The notes under the pieces were generated by a model, which saw nothing but the letters and a program-made list of their open reading frames with translations, was not told where the DNA came from and made no database searches. A stretch of 64,000 bases of DNA from Dipteris shenzhenensis (Eukaryota). This document shows positions 24,401-36,829 of the stretch, in pieces. The stretch's first letter is position 1. Each line of letters opens with the position of its first letter. The translations under genes were made by a program, and so were the position numbers. The stretch is from NCBI GenBank assembly GCA_047967505.1, contig CM106538.1, one strand, 5' to 3'.

Positions 24401-26919
24401 AGGATATCCATCCAATACAACCACCAACAGAACACCAAACTCCCCCAATGGTGCTTGGGAGGATTCAAGATAAAGAAGAGGAAGAAGAGCCTGCAGAACC
24501 ACAACGGCAACGGCCATTCCCGAAGTGGGTAAAGAGCTTTTGAACGGCAGAGAACCTCCAACCATTGAGGAGAAACCATCCAAACACCGCTGGTCTAAGA
24601 GATTAGAGGAGCAAAGAAGGGCGCAGGAACACTTGGTCAACTATGCTTTGATGAGAGAGGTGATCCGTGCTGAAGAACCCAAGTGTCTTGAAGAGGCACA
24701 GGGTGATGATAGGTGGATGGAGGCTATGCAGTCGAAGTATGGCTCCATAATGAAGAACAACACTTGGGACCTTGTGGATCGACCACCAAAACGCAAGGTA
24801 ATCGGTACCAAGTGGGTGTACAAGACCAAGTACAAAGTCTGATAGCACGTTGGATAAGTACAAGGCTTGGCTCATGGCAAACGGATTCGCACAGGTACAT
24901 GGTTTTGATTATCAGGATACTTTTGCTCCCATAGCTCGACTAACCACAATTCGCAGTGTTTTGGCTTTAGCAGCACAGGAAAGTTGGCCCATGTTTCAGA
25001 TGGATCTAAAATCCGCCTTTCTGAATGGAGATCTCAAGGAGGAGGTATACATGGAACAACCACCAGGTTTTGTAATCCCCGGTCCAGAAGGTAAAGTTTG
25101 TAAACTGAAGAAGGCACTTTAAGGGCTGAAATAGGCCCCACGAGCATGGTACCAGTGGATTGATGCCTACTTTCTGCAAAATGGGTTCAGGAGGAGCCCA
25201 TCTGATGCAAATTTGTATATCTTGAGAGAAGGAGGCAGGTGTATGATCATGGTCCTTTATGTGGATGACCTTGTCATAATAGGGAACCATGAAGAGAAGA
25301 TCTCACAGACAAAGCATTTGCTAGGAAGAGAGTTTGAAATGACATAATGCATTTTTGCTTGGGGATTGAAGTTTGGCAAGAGCCAAAACAGATCTTCATC
25401 TCACAGCTGAAGTATGCTATGAAGGCATTTTGCATGGCTAAGTGCAAGACATTTGGCACCCCTATGGAGGTTGACGTGAAGCTCTCAAATGAGGATTCAT
25501 CACCAATGGTGGATGAAGTGAAGTACAGAAGGCTTATGGGCAATTTGATTTACTTGTGCAACACACGGCCGAACATCAATTTTGCGATTGGTCTATTAAG
25601 CAAGTTTTCCAATAAGCCCCAGGAGAACCATTGGAGGGCAGGGATGCGTGTGCTGAAATACATCAAAGGCACATGAAATACATTAAAGGTACACTTGATT
25701 ATGGCATCACCTATACCAAGGGCAACACTTTGACCGGATTCTGTGACTCCAATTGGGTAGGAGACGTGGACAACAAGAGATCAGTGACAGGTTACTGTTT
25801 CTCACTTGGATCTGGAGATGTGTCATGGGTCAACAAGAAGCAACTCACATTTGCTCTTTCTTCTACCGAGGCTGAGTACAAATCAACGTGTTTTGGTTCT
25901 TGTGAGGCAGTGTGGTTGAGGAGGATTTTAGGGGACATGGGTGCAGTGTAGAACAAGCCCACGCAGTTATCATGTGACAATTAGAGTTGCATGGCAATTG
26001 CCAAGAACCCTGTGTTCCACGCTCGCACAAAACACATTGAGATTCAATATCACTTTGTACGCAAGCTCATCATGGATGGAGAGGTCAACTTGGTGTACTG
26101 TTTGACTACAGAGAATGCTGCGGACATCCTCACAAACACTCTTGGAAGAGACTTGCTGGAGAGGCATCTTCATCAACTTGGCATTGGCCCAAAAAAGTAA
26201 GTTCACTTACGGACATTGAGGGGGGGTGTTAGATATCACTGCTCCACTCTCATGTAACTACGTAGGAACTAGCTAACTCTACTTGTAAGCCCCCCATATG
26301 AAGAGAAGGCATTTGAGTAGCTCGATTATCCGGTAGGTCCTGGTTTGGACACCAGATCAGGGCCATGTGTGGCCTAATGGCTGGACGGCTTCAGATAGAG
26401 TTGGCACACTGCCAACTAGGCTACATGCAAGTGCAGGAAGGCATCCCATGACTGACCGCCCTGAGGGTGGATGGAGCATTTCTCGGGGAGCCCACTCTCG
26501 GGTTGCGGGGCCCATTTGGAGCCCCAGATGATCCCGGATGGCAAACGAAAACCATAGGTCAGTTGCTCTATTTTGCGCCACGGTTCTCCAACCCCCAGTC
26601 GGCCGTTTTGGGTGAACTGGGTCGGTCACCCAATTGGGTCTAACCAACTATGAGTGGTGGCTATATAAGAGCAAGCCAATGAAGCCCATCATCATCACTG
26701 GCTATAGCAACCCTGATTCCTTATCATCCAGCCTCTGTCCTCTACTATTTCTAGCACGCCATCGAAGCTCCTCTCATAGGAGCACATGGCTGGGAGGCAG
26801 CGCCATCTATTGTATCAGTTTTACAGTAATCAAATTTTTGATTCTCCATACTATTTGCTTTTCTCTCTTGCATACGAGATCCTATTATCTGTTGAGCACA
26901 GACGTATTTTTTTCTTATA
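21433..26919 (+). mobile_element. Ty1/copia element A1 (LTRs 21433-22154 and 26227-26919)
   Basis: Paired ~700-bp LTRs, PBS TGGTATTAGAGC (22155-22166), PPT GAGGGGGGG before 26227. The first ~12 bp of the 5' LTR and the left TSD are missing. Confidence 0.95.
22225..26200 (+). pseudogene. Copia gag-pol polyprotein (A1), disrupted
   Basis: KLDGTNY, CFYCNQAGHKQNEC, WIIDSGASRHM, LWHERF, ELVHTDL/IDDYSR, QMDLKSAFLNG, LYVDD, RTKHIEIQYHF. Confidence 0.95.
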
Positions 26920-28578
26920 GCGTGTTGGAAAATAGGAAAAATTCATCTTCAACCATGCAAACGATATCCTATTGGCATGATACTTTGCAAGATCCCTTAT
27001 TTGGGCTAGGCTCTCATGTGTGAAATAGGAACGTAACTTCAAAAACTTAGAAATACAAATAGAGGAATCATTGTAACTATACATACATGCAATACATGAC
27101 TGAATATATCAAGACAAAAGACTAAGGGGCAATTATGGGAAGTTGGACCCTCAAGGGTCCATTTACACCCTTTCACATCTCCCCATGTGACTACTCACTA
27201 ACCTTATTCTAGGTGCCTAGTTATCCTTCCACATGCATCCTTATTGAGGTTGATCTAATGGACACAGAGATTTGAGTCAACTCCCTTCATGATAATCGCA
27301 TGCAATAATATCCTTTGATTTAATGAGATTTTTGACTACATCATCTTTGAGCTTCCCTTTAGCATGCACATTGATTTTTACCGGTGTGGCTTTTCTGCCA
27401 TATCAAGATTTAATCTTCTAGGTCATCCTCCTTGACTCTAGAGGTCCTCTTCAGTTGGTATACATAGGCTTGAATTGCCTAGATTATAACATCTTCATTC
27501 CACTTAAATACATGTGCCCCACATTACAAAAAAATTGGACACAAAAGATTCCCTTTAGAGAATTATCAAAATATTAGAAGCTTGGATGAGGGAATTATGG
27601 AATCCATCAAGGAGATTATGCCATGTGGACTTCTCTGTAATAGAGGCTCCCCATTCCACTTTTTTAAAAAATACCTACAAAAACATCATTGGTGCTTCAC
27701 ATTAAAATATTAACTTCTGTAGGCTTGGCCTGACCATGTTATGCCTCCTTGTTTTACTCCCATCCATCTATCCCCTAGCTAGAACTACTCACATTTACCT
27801 TCTAGTTCAACTATTTGGCTTGGTCCTTTGACTTCCAAACCAACTCTCTCACTCCTCTCTAGAGCTCTTCCAAAACGTTTTACCTCCTCCACACACTCCC
27901 AAAATGTATTCCCTCCACTTTCTAGTAGCTTGTCTCAAACTATCGTCATTTCACTCTTGATTAGTCATTTCCCTCTTATCTATTCATGTTTTTCATCCAC
28001 TTGTAAAAATCTCTCAAAGAAAACTTCTATCCCAGCTCCGCTTGCCCCTCTTCTCTCTTAATCCACTATCTCTTTCATTCCTTCTCCACTTGCTCCTCTC
28101 TCTCTTAGAAGAGAAAGATTCGACCTGACTTTGCTTGGAAGGACAAAGAAAAATGGGTGTTTTGTCATTTTCAACCCTTCCTATGTCTTATTGAAGCATA
28201 AAGAATCAATACTAAAAGATAAGGCATATATTTTCAAGGTGATAAAGTGATTTTTCATTCAAAAATGTCTTTTTGTTAAGTACAAGTCTTTATGTGACAA
28301 TCGATCTATATGTTTATTGTAAAAATAGACAAGAGGGAGAGATTAAGGTGGATGATATTTGAAGCCATAGTGCTATTTTTTAATTTATTTCTTCTCTGGT
28401 ATAGGATAAATAGAGAAAAAGAGCAAGAGATAAGGGAAAGAAAGAGAGAGGAATTGTCTTTCAAACTGTTGTGCGTTCTTTTGTTTGTGGGTGACAAGAG
28501 AAGGAGAGAGTGAGAGGGACACAATGAGAGAGAGTGATTATATTTTGAGCTGCTGTGTTTTTGAATTGTTTGAGGGGG

Positions 28579-28617
<39 letters not shown>

Positions 28618-28953
28618 GATATGTGTATTTTGTTTGTTTTTGTGAGGGGTAGGGGAAAGAGAGTAAGGAATAGACTTCATATTCCAAACTAAGTATTTTG
28701 AAATAATTTCTTGTTTGTGTGTGTGAGTGAGTAGCTTGAAGGAAAGAGGGAAGGAGGGAGAGAATGATGGAGAGGGAGAGAGAGAGAGGGGGGGGGATCA
28801 TGCTAAAGTATTTGAAATATTTTTTAGTTTGTTTGTGTCAAGGGTTAAGTTAAGGAGAAAGGGAAATAGGGGAAAATAAAGAGAGGGATAGAGGAAGGTA
28901 GCTGTAGAGAAAGACAAAGAGACAGAGAAAAAGAAAGAGAGAGACTTTGGAGA

Positions 28954-28988
<35 letters not shown>

Positions 28989-29365
28989 TTGGAGATAAAC
29001 ACTATGAATTCTAAGGGAGATATTTTTATGGGTCAAGAGAGAGAGGATAAGAGCTATTGTTAATCATATAGTATTGGAACAGGGACTATGGAGATGGAAA
29101 ATACTAGATTCGAGGTACTTTTATACTGGAAAACATCAAGGATGAGCATGAGGAATGGATTCATCGGCTCTACACAAAATATTCTTGGATCACAATGCAA
29201 CCCATGAATTGTGGGTGTTATAAAGTGGCTCAGAAGGATGCAGAGGACATATCCAAACATTAAAAAGATAGAGTCTTGTATTTTGAAATGTCTCTCGGCA
29301 AGAAGACAGTCGCTTGCATATATTTTCAACATGTCTTTACCCATGCGAACATATACATGCATCCG

Positions 29366-29410
<45 letters not shown>

Positions 29411-29851
29411 GATAATTTCTTGTTTTTATTTTTTACGATACGTCTTTAATAAAAGGCTTTTAGGGCAATACCACCTTTATAAAGTGTCATACAATTGGTC
29501 ATTTTCACATTTTAGTGTTCACACTTCTACGTATCCTTACTTTTCACATCCTTCTCTTTTGTCTTCCCTATCATCCTTCCACACTCATGGCTCCACTAGA
29601 GAATCGTTTGACCATTTGGATTTCATCCACTAATTCCCACTCCTTAGTAGACCTATATCTTCTACAAATTAATCTGTCTTAGTTTGACCTTGAGATCTTT
29701 TCTTCCTATTGATGATCCCTCTCTTCAAATTTTCAATAGACTTATCCATGGGCAATCTATCACGATTGCCACCTCCCCTCACCAATGGGACCCATCGAAT
29801 ATTTTGTGCTCTCTTGGCCAGATTCGTTACTTCAAGAAGACTCTAGGTAGG

Positions 29852-32800
29852 TGTGAAGAGAGTGGGAGAGAGGTAAGGAGTCTCACTTGCAGCTTTCTCA
29901 CATACACAATGGGGGAATACACACAAAGGTGGAGGCTGAAAATTGTTTTTCTCTTCTTAGTTGTGAAAGCCAAAAAGAACTCTCTCTCTTAGTACAAAAG
30001 GAATAGATGAACCCTATATGTGGGTCTCAAACCAAACTCAGCTAACCTAGGTGGCATACTAACTGAGACACTAACTAGAGTACATAAAGATAGATGTCAT
30101 CCAGCTATTATTCATGGGCAGTGTACCAACTGCATCTGCAGGTAACAAGTCAATGACATAAATGCACAATGGTCACCCTGGCATATCATGAGTGGAGCTT
30201 GATATCTCAACACTCCCCCTTAAGCTCAATCCCAATTCCTACACACCAAGCAGGTCTCTGAACTTGTGCAGCTTCTTTGCGCCCAATGCCTTCGTGAATA
30301 TGTCAGCTACCTAATTCTCTATGTTGACATAAACTAGATCAATAAAACCTACTAGAACCTTCTCCCGCACATAGTGGTGATGCACCTCAATGTGCTTTGT
30401 TCTAGCATGATAGACTGGGTTATTTGCCAAGTGTATACTGCTCATGTTGTCACAATAAATGACAATTGGCCCATCTGTAGACTGATGCATATCATAAAGG
30501 AGCTTATGCAACCAAGCTGCCTCACATGCAGCCATTGCTACACCCTTGTATTCAGCCTCTGTGCTCAACAAGGCAACTGTAGGTTGTTTCTTGCTGCTCC
30601 AAGTGACTGTAACACTCCCAAAAGAAAATACATATCCACTAGTAGATCGTCTATCAGAAATACTACCAGCCCAATCAGCATCAGTGTATCCATGCAATTG
30701 TATTTGAACCCCAGTCTCATAAAATAGTCCATACTGCAATGTGGACTTCACATACCTTAGTATGCGTCTAGCCGCTTCCAAATGCGATTTCCTTGGAGCC
30801 TACATAAACGGACTTACCAACCCAACAGCATAGCTCTGGAAATAGTCACATAAATCAAACTTCCTACTATGCATCTGTACATAGTAGGGTCTTCCAAAAG
30901 CTCACCTGCATCTGAACTCAACTTCACATTCTACTTCAAAGGAACTGAAATAGGCTTACAACCTGTCATCCCATATTTGGATAGCATGTCCAATCCATAC
31001 TGCCTCTACAAAAGCCATATCTCACTTGTGGATCTAATCACCTCAATGCCCAAGAAGTAACGCAGCTCTCCCAAATCCTGCATCTCAAACTTCTGCTTCA
31101 ATAGCATTTTCACATGAAGGATATCTTCATCACCATCACCTGTGATGATCAAATCATCAACATAAATGACAAGCAGCATAATACCTTTCTCTGTTTTTCT
31201 CACATAAAGTGAGAAATCTACCATGGAAATCTGAAAACCAATGGTGACAAGATATTGTCCTATCTTGTCAGACCATGCTCTAGGTGCTTGCTTCAAGCCA
31301 TACAAGGCTTTCTTCAACCTACAAAAAAACTCAGGATGAACAGCATGCACATAACCTGGTGGCTGCTCCATATAGACCTCTTCTTGCAAGAAGGCATTCT
31401 TTACATCCATCTGATGTAAAGACCATTCCTTTGATGCAGCCATAGCAATGACTGCTCTTACAACTGCCATCCTTGCAACTGGACTAAATGTTTCTTCATA
31501 ATCAATGCCATATGTCTGTGCATACCCCTTGACAACTAATCTTGCCTTGTATCTGCTCACAGAACCATCTGCATTGTGCTTCAACTTATAAACCCACTTG
31601 CAGCCAATTGCATTCTTGTCTTTAGGCAAAGGCACCAATTCCCATGTAGCATTTTCTTCCAAGGCATCCATTTCTTCATCCATGGCTTTCTCCCATTTTT
31701 ATTTTCCCATGGCTTGCTCAAAAGAAGTGGGTTCTGGTTCTTGTATCACTTTGATCATATAGGCATAGTGAATGGCTGTAAATCCATCATATTTCAACCT
31801 ATCCGCAGGATACTTGACTTTGGTAGACCTGCACAAAATAGGCTCACTACTAGGTGCTCTCAAAACATCCCTTGTCTTCCTTACTCCAGGTGTAACAACA
31901 GAAGGGATACCCAACTCATCATCAAGGCTCTGTTCTGAGCCACTGGATTCACCATCCACATAAGAATGACCTGCATTCATATCAACCATGGGCTGATCTT
32001 TTTTCTCTTTTCTTTTTCGTGATATTTGCATACCACTATCTGCATTGTTTTGAGGAGATTCTCTTGATCTCAATTTGCCTGTCCATGGTGAAGTATGTGA
32101 ACCACTGCTAGAGGACACTATAGGTCCACTAATATTTTGTGATTGTTGCTCTGAATTTTGTGTAGCATTACCATTTTGTGCATTTACATCATCAATCACA
32201 TTTCCTGGTTTATACCAGCTACTCATCTCATAAAAAACAACATCTCTGCTCACTATAAACTTATGAGTAGAAGGATTATAGAATCTATACCCTTTCTGTT
32301 GCAGAGAATATCTAATAAAGATGCACTTCTCAGCTTTTGGATCCAACTTGGATCTCAACTCATCTGGCACATGAACATAGGCAATGCAATCAAAAACTTT
32401 CAAATGAGAAATATCTGGTTTCCTACCAGTATACCTCTCCTCTGGTGTCATGCCATGTATTGCCACAGTGGGAGTCCTGTTCATTATGTAGACTGCTGTA
32501 GCAACTGCTTCAGCCCAATAAAAATCTGGCAGGACTTTTTCATTGAGCATGGCACAAGATACCTCTCCAATATGCCTGTTTTTCCTTTCTGCAAGTCCAT
32601 TTTGCTGTGGGGTATGACTGCATGAATATTGCTGCTTTATGCCATGCTCCTACAAGAACCTTGCAAACTCATTTGAGAGGTACTCTCCCCCTCCATCTGA
32701 CTTTAGGCATTTTATTTGCAAGCCTGTTTCTTTTTCAACCATAGCTTTAAAAGCTTTGAAATGCCCAAGCACTTCACTTTTCTTTTTCATAAAATACACC

Positions 32801-35425
32801 CAAACTTTTCTACTGTAGTCATCAATAAAAGTGACAAAATAATGACAGCCTCCAATAGATGTAGCTTTAGTAGTCCACACATCAGGGTGGATTAATTCCA
32901 ATGGCCTCTTACTCTCTTGAACATGTCTAGGAAATGGTTTCCTTGCATGTTTTCCAAATTGACAGGCTTCACATACCTTATGCATTTCTGCAACCTTGAA
33001 CTTAGGAAATCCTACAACAATATTTTGGGCCTGCATTAATTTTAGTCATTGTACATTAACATGACCAATGCGTTTATGCCAGATATCAATATCTGCAACT
33101 ACATCGGTCCCATGTGCAAACATTACTACACTCAATTCAAGCATGTCTGCATCCAATGTAAACACCCTGCCCTTCTTCTTCCCTTTTGCTATCAAGCGAC
33201 CTTTATTTTTCATATCCTCAACAAAGCATCCATGAGGATTAAATCTGACCTGCAAGCCTACTCAATCATTTAACCAACAAAAACCAAGTTCTTGGTGATG
33301 TTCGGGACATGAAATACATCAAACAAGTATTTCTTTTTCCCATCCTGCATAGACAAAGGAATTTTACCAATCTGCACAATAGGATGTGCAGTATCATCAC
33401 CAGTCTCCACAAATCCTGGTCTTTTCATTTTCCTTGCATCCTGCATCCATTCTGCATGACCTGTCATATGGTTTGACGCACTTGAGTCAACATACCACAC
33501 ATCATTGCTTTCTTCTGTAGTTGTCACAGAATTGGCCATGTGTTGCACCATAAACAAATGCTCATTTCTGTCATCACCATGTCTACTAGATGATGCATAA
33601 TTGCCTTGCTAGAATTTTCCATTCATGATGTCATTTTGATTTTTGTAGCAGCATTCTTCAGCCATATGCCCCATTTTAGCATAGTAGTAGCATTCAACAT
33701 TGCTATTTGCATTTTGGCCTCTCTGCCATCCACCATGACCTCTTTGGCTCCCCCTGCCTCTAAGGTTACCACGTCCTCCTCCATAGAATTGGTTTTCTTG
33801 AATTTGCTGCATATTCTAATTTTTGACACGGCCTCCAGATCGGCCTGCTCTACATCTACCTGTACCTCTTCCATTATTTGAGTAGAAGATAGTTTCTTTT
33901 GAAGTTCCTCCTGAAGAAGATGCACCACCATTTCTCTGCTCTTCAGAAATTAGAAGAGCAATCAACTCTTCAAAATCAAGAAATTTTTCATGGACGGCAA
34001 TGGATGTTTGAAACTATGCATAATCCTTTCCTAGACCATTCAAGGTCACAGAAACTAAATCATCATCTTCCACTAGTGACCCAATGGAAGCAACTGCATC
34101 TGCAATCTTCTTCACCTTCATGTGGTAGTGATTGATGCTCATATTTTCTCTCTGCACATTATGCAACTCCTGCTTGAGCTGCATTTTCCTGGCTTGCGTA
34201 TTTGTGCTGTACATTTTTGTCAAACTATCCCACGCCTCCTTCGGCATGCTTGCATCTTGAATATGCACAATCATAGAATCTGAAATACTGATAGACAGCC
34301 AGTACATAACTTTTTTTGCTCTCTCATGCCATCCTTTAAATGCCTGCAACTCCTGTTGATTGGGAACATTGGGAATAACTGGTTCTTGTTCAGCTCCAGT
34401 AATAAACTCCCAATAGCCTTTTCCCTTAAGGAAATTTGTCATTCTAAACTTCCATGCTTGGAAGTTGTTCTTGTCAAGATTTTCAGTGACTTTCTATGAA
34501 AGAGCATCAAATGCCATTACAGAACACTGCAAAAATATTTTGTCACTGCAAAAAACACAACTTCTGTTTCACAAGAGCAGATTTGCAAAACTGACGAAAG
34601 TGGTATTTGACCACACAGTCACTTCCTAGTGACAGTTTTGCATCAACAGGCAATAAGAATGATTTTGTCACTCCCAATATCTCTACACATAGGCATACGA
34701 TGCAATTTCTGCACAGTAACTTTTCACCGACCTGTAGAACAATGGTCGCACAGCCAAAATAGAGCACTTTTCTAAGTGCCTACAGAAAACTTCTGCCACC
34801 AAAGTAGGCCCCGAAATGGCCTCGAATCAAAAAAAAAATGTCACCAAGGGCTTTGCCCTATCTCGTAGCATATACTACCCTCTCGTCGCACTACGAAGGG
34901 CATCTCAATCTGAGACAATGCACTCTTGCACTTTCTGACTGTGCTACCTATAGAGATTTACTCCCAAACTCGAAAAAGGAAAGCAACACTGATCCTCTTA
35001 CCAAGATACTGCGAACTTGGTTTGCTTCCTTGAGCTCCTTACCACGAACTGAGCTCTAATACCATGTGAAGAGAGTGGAAGAGAGGTAAGGAGTCTCACT
35101 TGCAGCTTTCTCACATACACAATGGGGGAATACACACAAAGGTGGAGGCTGAAAATAGTTTTTCTCTTCTTAGTTATGAAAGCCAAAAAGAACGCTCTCT
35201 CTTAGTACAAAAGAAATAGATGAACCCTATATGTGAGTCTCAAACCAAACTCAGCTAACCTAGGTGGCATACTAACTAAGCCACTAACTAGAGTACATAA
35301 AGATAGCTGTCATCTAGCTATTATTCATGGGCGGTATACCAACCGCATCTGCAACTAACAAGTCAGTGACATAAATGCACAACGGTCACCCTGGCATATC
35401 ACGAGTGGAGCTCGATATCTCAACA
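29852..35425 (-). mobile_element. Ty1/copia element B, full length (361-bp LTRs at 35065-35425 and 29852-30212)
   Basis: TSD GTAGG (29847-29851 / 35426-35430), PBS at 35053-35064 (TGGTATTAGAGC on -), PPT AAGGGGGAG next to 30212. About 19 substitutions and no indels between the LTRs by manual count. Confidence 0.97.
30220..34517 (-). pseudogene. Copia gag-pol polyprotein (B), disrupted
   Basis: [80 protein letters not shown]. Confidence 0.95.
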
Positions 35426-35661
35426 GTAGGTCCATGGATAATATCCCTCTCTCTCTTTGTGAGAATATGTTCCCCTTGAGGATGCCTTAACTTCCCCCCT
35501 TCATTTGATATAGTGGGATGCAATCCTTCCTGTTCTCCTCCCAAAAATCAAGTTTCATGATGATGTTGAATAGTATCTCGAGGGTCCTCCTATATCACAA
35601 CTGATGGAGTGGGTCCAATTACATCCACAAGTGGTGGAGCGAATGAGATAAACCCAAACAT

Positions 35662-35743
35662 TGAAATGTCTCTTGGCAAGAAGATAGTTGCTTGTGTATA
35701 TTTTCAACATGTCTTTACCCATGCGAACATATACATGCATCCA

Positions 35744-35812
<69 letters not shown>

Positions 35813-36324
35813 GATAATTTCTTGTTTTATTTTTTAAGATACATTTTTAATAAAAGGTTTTTAGGGCAATACCACCTTTATAAAGTGTTGTACAATTGGT
35901 CATTTTCACAGTTTAGCATTCACACTCTTACGTATCCTTACTTTTCACATCCTTCTCTTTTGTCTTCCCTATCATCCTTCCACACTCATGGCTCCACTAG
36001 AGAATCCTTTGACCATTTGGATTTCATCCACTAATTCCCACTCCTTAGTAGACCTATATCTTCTACAAACTAATCCGTCTCAATTTGACCTTGAGATCTT
36101 TCCTTCGTATTGATGATCCCTCTCTTCAAATTTTCAATAGACTTATCCATGGGCAATCTGTCATGATTGCCACCTCCCCTCACCAATGGGTCCCATCGGA
36201 TATTTTGTGCTCTCTTGACCAGAGTCATTACTTCAAGAAGACTCTAGGTAGGTCCATGGATAATATCCCTCTCTCTCTTTGTGAGAATATGTTCCCCTCA
36301 AGGATGCTTCAACTTCCCCCCTTC
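35662..36324. repeat. Copy 2 of the segment, uninterrupted, flanked by 14-bp direct repeats
   Basis: ATAAACCCAAACAT at 35648-35661 and 36325-36338; contains the empty site CTAGGTAGGTCCATGG. Confidence 0.9.
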
Positions 36325-36829
36325 ATAAACCCAAACATAGAACCTGAGGAAAGTGCTATGAACCTAGCCATAGAGCAAGTTGATAGAGAGGTCATCCTAT
36401 CTACATATCCAAATCCTGCATACCCATCCTCGAGCCAAAGCACCGATTTTTCACTTGAGTGCAATGATTTTTTCTGGAATCATGTAGTGGGTGCGAGCAT
36501 TCCTTGGCTCTGGACTCTGTTGCTCATTTCGTGAGATTTGTGAAAGCCTTGAGCAAGGAAGGAACCCCTTTTTGTGAATTTGGATGCAATTGATGCTATT
36601 TCATGATCTGTGAGCTCCGGTTCAAATTCCATAGCCAAAGCACTTCTAGGCCTCCATTCAACTTCCAACCAGCCCCAGATAGGGAGTAGAAGAAACAATA
36701 AGCTACAGAATCAAGTATTTCATGTTCTTTGATCTCTTTTTATATATGGACGCTCATTTGCTAGACCCACTCGCTCAAACCACCATTTTTGAATCGGTCT
36801 ATTTCGGTGATTCAGGGGACGGGGGCTAA

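Larger units (their letters stand above)
29285..35503. repeat. Copy 1 of a ~660-bp segment, split by Copia B (29285-29851 and 35431-35503)
   Basis: Colinear high similarity to 35662-36324, including the (GA)n tract. Confidence 0.9.
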
